From NCBI RefSeq assembly GCF_964213995.1, contig NW_027590501.1:124001-188000 (forward strand): 64,000 bases of DNA, given 5' to 3'. Positions 11,692-24,060 of the stretch are shown piece by piece. Under the pieces are notes generated by a model. That model was not told the origin of the DNA and searched no databases. It saw only the letters and a list, made by a program, of their open reading frames with translations. The position numbers were made by a program, and so were the translations under genes. Each line of letters opens with the position of its first letter. Position 1 is the first letter of the stretch. Origin of the DNA: Mustelus asterias. Lineage: Eukaryota.

Positions 11692-11955
11692 AGGACACAG
11701 TGGTTCGCACTGCTGCCTCACAGCGCCAGAGACCCGGGTTTGAGTTCCGCCTTGGGTCACTGTCTGTACAGAGTCTGCAAATTCCCCCCCTGTCTGTGTG
11801 GGTTTTCTCCCACAGACCGAAGGACTTGCTGGTTAGGTACATTGAGCATGCTAACTTCTCCCTGAGTTTACCCGAACAGGCGCCAGAGTGGCGACTGGGG
11901 GATTTTCAGAGTAACTTCATTGCAGTGTGAATGTGTGACACTAATAAATAAACTT
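11692..11955 (+). mobile_element. V-SINE with alternative (Rex1-like) tail
   Basis: HE1-like head and V-domain; tail ...gtaacttcattgcagtg...tgtgacactaataaataaac. Confidence 0.8.
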
Positions 11956-12281
11956 AAAAAAAACCTTGAATTTTTGAAAACTTTTGCCAAATTGGTTTCT
12001 TGAATCCCCTTTTTTATACTTTCAGAATGTAGAAAGCCCAGCTCAGCCAATTGTTGGGAATTAGCCAATTGGTCGATAACTTGTCAATAATGAAACTGGT
12101 TTGGTTTTTAGCTAGTTGCACATTGTCTGAATTTTAAGACAATTCTTTCTCTCAAACGATATCTCTTAGCTTGGGGTAGCCTGAGTGTCGACCAATAATT
12201 GGTTAACATCAGTCATTCAATGTTGAGACATCTTGAACAGGAGCCGATTCATTCCCTCCAGTCAAGGTTAACAAAGTATTA

Positions 12282-12580
12282 AAGTTTATTTATTACTGTC
12301 ACAAGTAGGCTGACATTAACACTGCAATGAAGTTACTGTGAAAATCCCTTAGTTGCCACACTCTGGCGTCTGATCGGATGCACTGATTGAGAATTCAACA
12401 TGGCCAATCCACCTAACCCACACGTCTTTTGGACTGTGGGAACAAACTGGAGCACCCGGAGGAAACCCACGCAGACACGGAGAGAGCGTGCAGACTCCGC
12501 ATAGTCACCCAAGCCAGGAATCGAACCCAGGTCCCTGGCACTGTGAGGCAGCAGTGCTAACCACTGTGGCACCGTGCCAC
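12282..12580 (-). mobile_element. V-SINE with alternative tail
   Basis: Same structure as 11692, reverse orientation. Confidence 0.8.
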
Positions 12581-13842
12581 GCTAACAAGTCTTGTCTGTT
12601 TTTTTCTATTCTGTTGTCCTCAGAAGGGAACGTCTTATAATCCCCACAACATTTTTACCATTCTTAATGTTTATAATTCTGAAAGTTATAAACTTTTGTG
12701 TTCAAATTTACATTTCCAGCCTTTCTAACATCTGTATTAATGAATCATTTATTCTTTAATTGTCTCTCAATTCAGGCTGTCCATTTAACTAATCTCCTGC
12801 TTTACAATTGTGGGAACTTCAGTCCACAGATAAGGGAGTCAAATGCATTGTTAAAAGCAGAATGTTCTTTATATAAATAAATAACAACGTTTAAAAATCA
12901 TTGGCAAACAAAAGGAAACAGGAGCATTGGAACCAGCCTGGACTTGCAGACTGAAACCCCGCCCAAAGCCCGCATGTGCTCAGAAGGGAGAAAGGTTGAG
13001 AAGAACACTCTGTAACACTTCTCCTCCCCTTAAATTTCAATCCCCCATCAGGACAGAAATACAACAAAGTAATGTCTTTAACAATACGGAAGTCTGTCAG
13101 GAGCTTTGTGGTTGCATTGCAACCTGTACAATACCACTGGTAAATCTTGTAATGGTGTTTCTGGAATGGGAGGTGAAGAGGTAGTTTGAGAATCTGTACA
13201 TGAACATTCCTCTTCCACTCCCACAGCAGAGTCAACTGGCAAAGCTGGAACCATTTCCTGGTGAACATCCACAGCAGCATGACCCTCTGCCATGTTCTCA
13301 GTAATGGTTGCTGATTCTGAAACTGTTCCTGACTCGGGGTCACACCGCAAGTGAATATGGTCTTGGTGGCTATGCTTAAAATTTCCACATTTAACTGGTT
13401 CCCATGAATCCTCAATTATAAAGCAAAATAGACATAAGTTTCTGGGCGATTTAAAAACAAATGAACTGTCTGCTGAAAGGGTTAACTTTTCTACAGAACC
13501 TAAAGGGGTGGGGAGTGAGCAGAAAAAACATGGCACACAATTACGTCACTTTACATAATTTTTAAAATCTTCTCGAACAACAAAACAAACTTAATTTTAA
13601 ACTTCATCGATTATTCTTTTTGTTTTCTTCCTCAACCGAATAATTTTAATTTGATCAGTTTTTGTTTGGGATGGGTCACTTCTGTTCTTTATAAACTGAT
13701 TCACTCGTTTTGTTAGTTCTACATGAGAATCAGAACCCAGCCTTTATCATCCTTATCCTTTTTCTCCCTTTGCCACCACTCCCTCTGTTTTGCGGGAGGG
13801 TCGTGGGGATTCCAATCAGAACTAATCATTTTATCATAACAG

Positions 13843-14015
13843 TAAAATACTGCGGATTCTGGAATCTGAAACAAAAATAGAAAATGCTGGAAAGTCTCAG
13901 CAGATCCGACAGCTTCTGTGGAGAGAGAATAGAGCCAATGTTTCCAGTCTGGGTGACCCTTCATAAGAGCTCTTCTGAAGTGTCATCCAGACTCAAAACA
14001 TTGGCTCTATTCTCT
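13843..14015. mobile_element. Palindromic Penelope-derived short element
   Basis: agagaatagagccaatg ... cattggctctattctct inverted arms; degenerate hammerhead core. Confidence 0.6.
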
Positions 14016-14824
14016 TATCATTGTATCGATAAGTTTCTTACTGTTAGTTTCCAAATGGCAGGTAAGAGACCCATCAGGTCCCCACTCGAGCTCTGATTTT
14101 TCACTGGCCATGCTTGGATAGGATTATAAACATTAGAATCTACTCTCTGAGGTCCGCTTTTCAATCCAGTGCTACTTGGAGTATACCGTCACTTCACCGA
14201 CTATCAGGTCATAAATGTATGATAAAATAATTCAAATAATGCCTGGGAACGCTTTGAACCAACTACCTATCATCGTTCGTTGATTGGTCAGACCCCCTTT
14301 TTACAGATTCAAGTATCTCAGCCGCTGAACACCAGCCGATCCTGGAATAAGTTTAATTCTAATTCATTCTGAGTAAATATTCTCACCAGGTCCTCTGTCG
14401 GGGCCCTGCTAAGCAGCTTTAATGGTCCGTGATTGCAGAAACTGAACAGTCACACGAATGTGGTCAAGATAGTCCAGTCCCAGAATGCCTCACATTCAAT
14501 CTGCAGTCCTTCAATTATAACAGAATATGTGGCTGTCTGTAGCTGCCTCGGCCACGATCAGCGCCAACACTGCCTTCCTGAACTGTTACAATGCCTGAGG
14601 TGTAAGTACACCCACAGTGCTGTTAGGGAGGGATTTCCAGCTACACATTCCAGACTTTCACTAACTGTAGGTGGATACCAGATTGATATATTCCATTCAT
14701 CCACAGCCAAGGTGAGTTATTTCTTTATTGTCCAGGAAAGTATATTCACAATATCTTTAAAACAGAAATTAAACATTCCCATTTAATTTCAGGTATTAAC
14801 ATATTCTGTGAGTTTGTTCTTTAT

Positions 14825-15125
14825 TGTCGATGTCAGGCTGGGGTTGTTTCCCTTGGAGCAAAGGAGGTTGAGGGGAGATTTGATGGAGGTGGACAAGATT
14901 CTGACAGGTTTAGATAAGGTGGACAAAGAAAAGCTGTTCCCATTAGCTGAAGGGACAAGGATGAGGGGGACACAGATTTATGGTTTTGGGTCAGAGAGGA
15001 AGGGGGGATGTGAGGAAGAATATTCTGATGCAGCGAATGGTAATGACCTGGAACTCGCTGCCTACGAGGGTGGAGGAAGTGGAGACAATAAACAATTACA
15101 AAGGAAATTGGATGAACATTTGGGG
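14825..15125 (+). mobile_element. CR1 3' fragment
   Basis: LGLFPLEQRRLRGDLMEV motif. Confidence 0.8.
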
Positions 15126-15322
15126 GGTTTCAAACAGAAATGCTGACTAAATATCTCTTAACCTCCGAGCACCAGCCACTGGAGGCAAAGTCGTGAGACC
15201 TGCCAGTCCAGCAGAAAGAAACCCTCTGACCCTCCCCATTGACCAACTGTGAGAATGAACAAAATGCAGTCCTGGATGTAATTGAGAGCAGAAACAATAA
15301 CAGCAGAATCCAACCCCTGGAA

Positions 15323-15829
15323 TCACTCGTGAGTTTGTTGGTGTCTCAGCAGGTGGGATGAGACTCTGAATCCCTCCCCACACTGAGAGCAGGTGAACGG
15401 CCTCTCCCCAGTGTGAACTCGCTGGTGTTTCTGCAGCCTGGAAGAGTTTGTGAATCCCTTCCCACGCTGAGAGCAGGTGAACGGCCTCTCTCCATTGTGA
15501 ACTCGCTGGTGTTTCTGCAGGGTGGTTGAACGAGTGAATCTCTTCCCACACTGAGAGCAGGTGAACCGCCTCTCCCCAGTGTGAACTCGCTGGTGTCTCT
15601 GCTGGTTGGATAACTGACTGAATCTCTTCCCACACACAGAGTAGGTGAAGGGCCTCTCCCCAGTGTGAATTAGTTGGTGTGTCCGCAGTTCGGATGACTG
15701 AGTGAATCCCTTTCCACACACACAGCAGCTGAAGGGCCTCTCCCCAGTGTGACTGCGTCGATGAATTTCCAGCCGAGATGGGCACATGTATCCCTTCCCA
15801 TAGTCCCCACATTTCCACGGTTTCTCCAT
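15323..15829 (-). CDS. C2H2 ZNF, 6 finger units of which 3 lack a Cys; possibly decaying
   Basis: Open 168 aa frame from MEKPWK; CGDYG, YSVCG and CSQRG variants. Confidence 0.75.
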   Translation of the reverse strand: MEKPWKCGDYGKGYMCPSRLEIHRRSHTGERPFSCCVCGKGFTQSSELRTHQLIHTGERPFTYSVCGKRFSQLSNQQRHQRVHTGERRFTCSQCGKRFTRSTTLQKHQRVHNGERPFTCSQRGKGFTNSSRLQKHQRVHTGERPFTCSQCGEGFRVSSHLLRHQQTHE

Positions 15830-16534
15830 GGTGCGGGTGTCCTTGTGACTCTGTAGTTTAAACAATCAGTTAAATCTCACACAGAACACGGGTACAATCT
15901 CTCCCCGCTGTGAATGCTGCGATGTATTTTCAAGCTGTGTAACTGGTTAAAGCTCTTTCCACTGTGCACTGGAGCACTCTGACTCAGGTGTGTGTGTGTG
16001 TGTCTTGCGGATTTTCCAGTCACACAGATGCTTAAAATCTTCAGAAGCAGACAGAACAGAGAAACATTTCCCCTTCTAGATTCAAAGGTCAGTGATATTC
16101 AGGTCCCGATGAATTGAGCGATCCTGTCAGATGTTGATGTGACATTTGGTTTGAGATTTCTGTCTGTAAGTTCTCACCTTCTGATATTCTGTAAAAGGAA
16201 TTTACAAAAGTCATCAGTGTCAGTACAGGATAGAAATTCAGAACAGACAATTCTAGTTTCTATGAAACATTCTTTTCTCTCTCATTCCCCAAAAGCTGTA
16301 AATCTCCATCCCACACACTCTCCCTCCATTCTCACTCTGCTGTATCTAATATTCACCCTCCCAATTCTCCTGAAGGTGCTGATTGAGGCAGATTGACAGA
16401 TCCATGCTCACTGCTTCCTGTCCTGGACACAGAGAGCTGGAAATCGCCATGCAGGCTGCCAGACAGATATATGTCTATCTGACTGGACTAACAATGTGTG
16501 GAATGTACCGACTGGACTCACTTCCTTTCCCTTC

Positions 16535-18430
16535 AGTGGCTAAGGATGGACAAGTCACCAGGACCCAATGAACTGCACGCTAGCTTTTTAATGGAGGTTG
16601 CTGAAGGGATAGTGGAGAATTCTGTTGAAATTTTTCGTAACTTGCTAGATTCCGGGAAAGTATCGGAAGATTGGCAATCAGCCAATGTGACTACCTTGGT
16701 CAAAAAAGGAGAAAGGCAGAAGGCAGGGAACTATAGGCCAGTTAATTTAACATCTATTATTGGCAAGACGCTGGAGTCAATAATCAAAGAGCAAATAGCC
16801 AATCATTTAGGAAAGCTGAATATAATCAAACCTCGTCAACATGGTTCTATGAAAGATAAATCATGTTTGACAAATTTGCTTGAATTGTTTGAGGTTGTAA
16901 GAAGGAGGGTAGATCGAGAGAAATCTGTGCTTGTAGTTTATTTAAAAAGGGCGCCACAGCAGCACAGTGGTTAGCACTGCTGCTTCACAGTGCCAGGGAC
17001 CCGGGTTCAATCCCGGCCTTGGGTGACAGTCTGTGTGGTGTATGCGCATTCTCTCCATGTCTGTGTGGATTTCTGAGTTCTCCAGGTTCTTCCCACAGTC
17101 CAAAGATGTGCGGGTTAGATTGAATGACCATGCTAAATTGCCCCTTTGTGTCCCAATAGATGTGGATTAGTGGGGTAAAAATGTAGGGCTACAGGAATCG
17201 GGCCTGGGAAAGATGAGTCGAGCGTTGGGGAAGATGCAATAAAGTCACCCCTGTCTTCAAAACCTGGCAAATGGAGTTTAAAGTGGGGAAGTGTGAGGTC
17301 ATGTATTTCAGTAGGAGGAATCAACAGGAAGATTATCTAAATGGGGAGAGGCTGCCGGTGAGTGAAGTACAGAGGGACCTTGGTGTTCTTGTGCATGAAT
17401 CGGGCGGCACGGTAGCACAGACGGGCGACACGGTAGCACAGTGGTTAGCACTGCTGCTTCACAGCTCCAGGGTCCCGGGTTCGATTCCCGGCTCGGGTCA
17501 CTGTCTGTGTGGAGTTTGCACATTCTCCTCGTGTCTGCGTGGGTTTCCTCCGGGTGCTCCGGTTTCCTCCCACAGTCCAAAGATGTGTGGGTTAGGTTGA
17601 TTGGCCAGGTTAAAAATTGCCTCACAGTCCTGGGATGCGTAGGTTAGAGGGATTAGCAGGTAAATATGTGGGGGTAGGGCCTGGGTGGGATTGTGGTCGG
17701 TGCAGACTCGATGGGCCAAATGGCCTCCTTCTGCACTGTAGGGTTTCTATGATTTCTAGGTCACATTCAGTCTGTTTCTCTCTATGAATCACAAAAAGCG
17801 AGCAGGCAGGTCCCACACGAGTTAAGAAGGAAAATGGCATTTTGGCTTTTATTGCAAAGGGGTTGGAGTTTAAAAACAGGGAGGTTTTGTTGCAACTGTA
17901 CAGTGTGTTGGTGATGCCTCACCTGGAATAGTGCATACAGTTTTGATCCCCTTATCTAAACAAGGATATAGTAATATTGGACATAGTCCAAAGGAAATTC
18001 ACCAGGCTAATTCCTGGGATAGGAGGGTTGTCCTATCACGAGGGAGTAAATTGTCAAGGTCTGTGTTCCTTGAAGGTTTGAAGACAAAGGAGTTATTGAA
18101 ACATTTCAGATCCTGAGGGGGCTTGACAGGGTAGATGGTGAGATATTTTCAAACAAAATAAAGGGTCAGTCATTTAAAACTGAGGTGTGCAGGAATTTCT
18201 TCTCACAGAGGATGATGAAGCTCTGGAATTCTCTGCCCCAAAGGGTGGTGGAGGCTGGATCGTTAGAAGTATTTAAAGTGGAGGTGGATACATATTTGAT
18301 AGATCGGGGAATAGAGGGCTATGGGGAAATGGCACAGTAAAGGAGTTGAAACCAGCATCAGTCAGCTATGGTCGGATTGAATGGCGGGACAGGCTTCAAG
18401 GGCCTGGTGGCCGCTCCTGCTTCTATTTCT
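16535..18430 (+). mobile_element. CR1 fragments with two nested HE1 SINEs (16950-17230, 17402-17755)
   Basis: KSPGP...NYRPVNLTSIIGK...SCLTNLLE RT-region motifs; SINE heads, the second with a duplicated 5' end. Confidence 0.85.
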
Positions 18431-19200
18431 CGTGATCAGTTGCTGCAAGTCAACAATTTCTCCCAGAATGAGAAACAAAATGGAAAGGGGGAGAAAAGAA
18501 ACTGTTTTACTCACAGATGTTGAAGACAGAAGGAAGTTTGAGCCTGTCTGAAGCTCAATCTTCATTCAGAGAGAAGCAGCAGCAGCTTTGCTGGGCAGGA
18601 GTGAGCAGCTGAACAAGCTCATTGTGCAACTTCCGCATTCAGACAATGGGGGAGCTCTGATTGGCTGGAGGACCCGAGTACTGCCGGTCCTCCAGAGTTC
18701 CCATTGGTCAATCCCACGCAGACAGACAATGAGGGGCGGAGCCCCACGTGGGGGTGGGCGGGACTTTGTCCTCCAGCCACGCTGAGCTGTTGTCCAATGG
18801 GAAAGGCTGGAAGACCCGGACAGACAATGGTCAGTGCGCCGGCTGTGTCCCGGGCCCCGCCCCACACCCGCACATGCGCATTCCCCCAAAACCCGCACAT
18901 GCGCATTTCTGATTCACTTCCGCTCACCAGCTCTGGCCAATAGGAAGACTTGGAGGACCGGAAAGACCGTGGTCCTCCAGCCAATCAGAGCGCAGGCTTT
19001 GTGTGAATGAAGATTGAGCTTCAGACAGACTCAAACTTCCTTCAGTCTCAACCTAAAAGAGGCCAACATCTGTGAGTAAAACACTTTCTTTTCTCATTCT
19101 GGGGGTAATTGGAGAATTGCAACAACTGAAGGGAAAGGAAGTGAATCCAGGGAGGGTGCAGACTCAGGAAAGGTTGGCCCAGGTCCCTCTCTCTCTTAAA
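18430..19200. promoter_or_regulatory. Bidirectional CpG-island promoter with inverted-repeat first exons
   Basis: Mirror-image exon-1/donor modules (about 18497-18568 vs 19003-19090), mirrored ctctgattggctggaggacc CCAAT motif, GC boxes, cgcacatgcgca x2. Confidence 0.75.
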
Positions 19201-19204
19201 GAAA

Positions 19205-19740
19205 TTTAAGAGAAACATAGAAGATAGGAGCAGGAGGAAGCCATTTGGCCCTTCGAGCCTGCTCTGCCATTCATTAAGATCATGGATGATCAAGCAACTC
19301 AATAGTCTAATCCTGCTTTCTCCCCATAACCTGTGATCCCATTTGCCCCAAGTGCAAAGGATATTTACCAGGCTGATTCAGGGAATGGCGGGACTGATGT
19401 ATGAGGCGCTTTTGAATACATTCAATGTTTTGGCATCAATTACTTCCTGTGGTCATGAATTCCACAGGCTCACCACTCTTTGGGTGAAGAAATGTCTCCT
19501 CACCTCCGTCCTAAATGGTCTACCCTGAATCCTCAGACTGTGATCCTTGGTTCTGGACTCCCCCACCATCAGAAACATCCTCCCTGCATCTATCCTGTCT
19601 CGACCTGTTAGAATTTTATAAGTCTCTGTGAGATCCCCCCTCATTCATCTGAACTCCAACGAAAACCATCCTAACCTCGTCAGTCTCTCCTCATACATCA
19701 GTCCCGCCATTCCCTGAATCAGCCTGGTAAACATCCTTTG
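19205..19740 (-). mobile_element. CR1 3' fragment containing a short inverted duplication
   Basis: MRGDLTETYKIL motif; 19355-19405 is the reverse complement of 19689-19740. Confidence 0.8.
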
Positions 19741-21399
19741 ATCCCTCAGCTTGACACATTTATTTGTCTGTCTAAAAGGATGGTCTTTTTTCTAATGTTC
19801 ACAATTAAAGGGAAGCTTTCCCCAGGAGATGGCTGACATTTACGTTAATATAGGACAGAGATCGGTCTGGTGTTGTTATCTGGTACCCAGATTAGATATA
19901 TTATTTATGTTTCTGTAATAAAATACTTTTATTATTATTTCTTGCATTGTAATATAATGCTGGAGCGATGTTATACATTTCCAGTCATAAAGCCCATTAC
20001 AGCACAGAAGAAATCCATTCGGTAACTCGAGTCCATGCTGACTCTCTGTATAACATTCCAGTCCCATTCCCACTCTCTATCCCCATTCTCCTGAAAGTTT
20101 ATTTCCTTCAAGTGCCCATCCACTTTCATTTTTAACTAGAATCCATAGATATGGATGGAGATTTACAACTTTTTGGGAATGAAATAGGAAAGAATGTTCC
20201 ATAGAAACTAGAATTGTCTGTTCTGAATTTCTATCCTATACTGACTGTGATGACTTTTGTAAACTCATTTCACAGGATTTTGAATGAGGAATCACAGGCA
20301 AAAATCTCAACCGTCACATCTAGAAAGAGTCATATTCCTTGGGATCTGAATATCTTGTAATATGGAACTGTAGCTACGTTATATATTTCCAGACAACTCT
20401 TCCCTCAGAGGGTTGTTAGTCTTTTGGATTTCTCTTCCACAGGAACCAGTTGAGGATGAGGATCATTGAATATATTCCAGTTAGACAGATTTTTGACTGA
20501 CAAGGGTGTCAAGGGTTATGGGGAACAGACAAGAGGATGGAGCAAAAGCTAATATGTGGGGGGATTTCTTCACTCAAGGATGTGGTAAAGCTTTGGAATT
20601 CTCAACCCCTGAGGACAGTGAAACCTCAGTCATTAACTATTTTCAAGAGAGAGATTGATTGGTTTCTAGATATTGAAGATATCAAGGGATATGGATTTAG
20701 TGTGGGGAGAATGATGCTGAGGTAGATGAACAAATTATCTCATTGAATAGTTTAAAAGGCTCGATGGGCCAAATGGCCGACTGCAACTCCTATTTGTTAT
20801 GGTCTCTGTGTCCAGGACAGGAAGCAGTGAGCATGGATCTGTCAATCAGCCTCAATCAGCACCTTCAGGAGAATTGGGAGGGTGAATATTAGATACAGCA
20901 GAGTGAGAATGGAGGGAGAATGTGTGGGATGGAGATTCACAGCTTTTTGGGACTGAAATAGGAAAGAATGTTCCATAGAAACTAGAATTGCCTGTTCTGA
21001 ATTTCTATCCTGTACTGACACTGATGACTTTTGTAAACTTGTTTCACAGGATATTGAAAGAGGAATCACAGGCCGAAATCTCAAACGTCACGTCTCGATC
21101 TGACAGAGTCATATTCCATGGGAGCTGAATATCATCGGACTTTGAATCTCGAAGGAGAAATTATTGTCCAGTTTGTCGATTTGAAAAGAGTTCGACCATC
21201 AGTGTGACTGGAAAAGCACAACACACTGCCACACTCGAGTGAGAGCGTTCTAGTGCTCGGACTAAAGAGCTTTAACCAGTTACACAGCCTGAATAAATAT
21301 CACACCATTCACAGCAGGGAGAGACTGTACCCGTGTTCTGTGTGTGGACAAGGCTTCAACTGATTGTCCACCCAAGAGAGAGGTCAGGACACCTGCACC

Positions 21400-22074
21400 A
21401 TGGAGAAACCATGGAAATGTGTGGACTGTGGGAAGAGATACAGATCCCATTCTCAGCTGGAAACTCATTGGTGCAGCCACACTGGGGAGAGACCATTCAC
21501 CTGCTCTCAGTGTGGGGAGGGATTCAGTCATTTATCCAGCCTGCAGTCACACCAGCGAGTTCACACTGGGGAGAGGCCGTTCACCTGTTCTCATTGTGGG
21601 AAGGGATTCACTTGTTCATCCCACCTGCGGAGGCACCAGCGAGTTCACACGGAGGAGAGACCATTTACATGTTCTCAGTGTGGGAGGGGATTCACTTGTT
21701 CATCCCACCTGCAGACACACCAGCGAGTTCACACTGGGGAGAGGCCATTCAGCTGCTCTCATTGTGGGAAGGGATTCACTCAGTTATCCAACCTGCGGAA
21801 ACACCAGCGAGTTCACACTGGGGAGACGCCATTCAGCTGCTCTCATTGTGGGGAGGGATTCACTTGTTCATCCAGCCTGCGGAGACACCAGCGAGTTCAC
21901 ACTGGGGAGAGACCATTCACCTGCTCTGATTGTGGCAAGGGATTCAGTCAATCATCCAACCTGGTAAAGCACCAGCGAATTCACACTGGGGACAGGCCAT
22001 TCACCTGCTCCGTGTGTGGGAAGGGATTCACTCAGTCACCTCACCTGCTGAAACACCAACATGTTCACGAGTGA
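21400..22074 (+). CDS. C2H2 zinc finger protein, 8 fingers
   Basis: ATG of MEKPWKC at 21400; acceptor tttcacag|g at 21049; upstream flank closely paralogous to the gene at 830-1588. Confidence 0.9.
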   Translation: MEKPWKCVDCGKRYRSHSQLETHWCSHTGERPFTCSQCGEGFSHLSSLQSHQRVHTGERPFTCSHCGKGFTCSSHLRRHQRVHTEERPFTCSQCGRGFTCSSHLQTHQRVHTGERPFSCSHCGKGFTQLSNLRKHQRVHTGETPFSCSHCGEGFTCSSSLRRHQRVHTGERPFTCSDCGKGFSQSSNLVKHQRIHTGDRPFTCSVCGKGFTQSPHLLKHQHVHE

Positions 22075-23094
22075 CTGCAAGGACTGAATTTTGCTGTTAA
22101 TCACATCGAGGTCCGAACCATTTTCATTGGTGTCTGTTTCTGCTGATGTTAATAAACCCTGGCCCAGTTGTAAGATTTGTATTGTGGGTTGTCTTGTCTG
22201 AGTCCTGAACTCGTAAATAAAAACAAGAAGTGCTGTAAAAACTCAGCAGGTCTGACTCTCTGGAGAGAGAAACAGAGCTAATCTTTTGACACTGAAGAAG
22301 AGTCACATTCAACTGAAAACATTAACTGTTCCTGTCTTTACAGATTCTGTCAGACGTACTGAGATTTTGCAGCAACTTATGTTTTTAGAATGACGGTGAA
22401 TGCTGGATACATGAATCAGAGATTGGTGTAAAACTGGGATCTGCTCCTAAATCAAAGTGAAACAGCAGGTTAAAGTTTCCAGTCTGAAAAGTACTCTGGT
22501 TATTATACTATATCTACCATTTTAAGGCTGGTTTTAACTCATTTAAAATAAACCTATTTAAAATATATTTGTTAAAGTCAGTATTAAAATACGAGTTGGA
22601 TGAGTTCACAGGAGCCTGTTAACCACAGGGACAATTATTCAACAAACATTGTCTGTCCAGACAGAGAAGAAGCTGCAGTTTGTTTGCAGGAATTCCCTGT
22701 TTTATTGATGTGTGTGTGTTAGACATCAGGACAACTAAAACTACACAAACCTGGACATCAATGGTGATCTGATTGACAGTTACTCTGGGAATCACTCCCA
22801 CTGTGAAACTTCAGCACTGACACTGCTGAATGTTGTCGGCTCAGGGAGTGGGGCCTCCAGGAGTGGACTGTAAAAAAGCTGGGTTTCAGTATCCTGACTA
22901 ATATATGGTGAGGAACCAGAAAAATCCTCACTGAGGAACTGCCTGGGGTTTAACCAGTGTAGGTTCAGGGGCGAATGATTCCTGACTCCCTGAAATGTCT
23001 GATATTGAACCCAGTTTGGAACAAGATTCATTCAGTTTCCAGGAGAATAGGCACAAATATCACCCACAACTGAGAGAGAGAAAAACAGCCACCT

Positions 23095-23870
23095 TGATCA
23101 ATGACTTGGATGAAGCCAGAATTGATGATACAAAGAGAGGTAGAAAAGCAAGTTGTGAGGTTATTACAAAAAATCTATAAGGGACACAGATAAGTTACCT
23201 GAATGGACAGAAAAATGGCAGATGGAGTATAGTGCAGGAAAGTGGGAGCTTTTCCACTTTGGCAGGAAGAATAGAGAAGCAAAAAATTGTTTAAATGTAC
23301 AGAAACTGAAGAATACTGCCGTAGAGAGGAATCTGGGTGTCCTTGTACATGAATCGTGAAAAAATAGGATGAAGGTACAGCAAGTAAAGAAGGCGGCAAA
23401 TGGAGTGTTGGACTTTACTGCAAGGGGGTGGAGTTTGAAAAAGGGAACTTGCTGCACCTACACAGGACATTGCTGAGATAGCAGCTGGAATACTGTGTAC
23501 GGTTCTGGTCTCCCTACTGATGGAATGACATGTTTTCATTGGAATGAGTTCAGAGAACGTTCACCAGGCCCATTCCTAAGATGAAGGTGTTGACTTTTGA
23601 GGAAAGGTTGTGAAGGTGTAGGGGAGAATTCTCCCATCCCACCCACCACAGGAATCGTAGCAGGCCAGGGGGTGGACCACACAAAGGACCTTTGACCTCG
23701 GGGCAAGTGATGCCGCAGAATCCAACTCGTCTTTTGGGGAAGGGTTGCACCTATACTCATTAGGTTTGGAAGAATGAGCAGTGAACATTCTGAAACCTAT
23801 AAGATTCTCATGGACAGTTGACAGGCTAGAGGCCAAGAGGATGATTCATGAAGGAGTCTTGAACTTGGTG
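23095..23870 (+). mobile_element. Degraded CR1 fragment
   Basis: INDLDE...DDTK, WQMEY remnants. Confidence 0.7.
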
Positions 23871-23964
23871 CCATAGATCTACAAGGAAGCCAAGGGTATT
23901 GTTTTAGCCCTTACAGACACCAATACTTTATCCTCAGTTTTAGTCAGGTTAGTCAGAGGTTTAG

Positions 23965-24060
23965 TCAGGTGTGGTGAAAGCTTCAACCAATCATCTGGCC
24001 TTTTGGAACATAATTTGCAGTCACAGGGAGATGCCATGGAAATGTGGGGATTGTGGGAAG
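23965..24060 (+). pseudogene. Single ZNF relic cut by CR1
   Basis: ...HREMPWKCGDCGK then the CR1 aacataagaa tail. Confidence 0.55.

Larger units (their letters stand above)
11376..14570 (-). mobile_element. Old degenerate ERV remnant (3' LTR 11376-12251, polypurine tract, gag N-terminus relic)
   Basis: tgtaag...gattca termini; minus-strand GGAGGGAA tract before TG; TATAAAA near 12015; KMISSDWN..QREW..KKDK resembles gag of the 36904-43452 ERV. Confidence 0.55.

Noticed and set aside
17402-17500. tRNA-like A/B boxes
   Set aside because: SINE heads followed by V-domain and LINE tail, not tRNA genes
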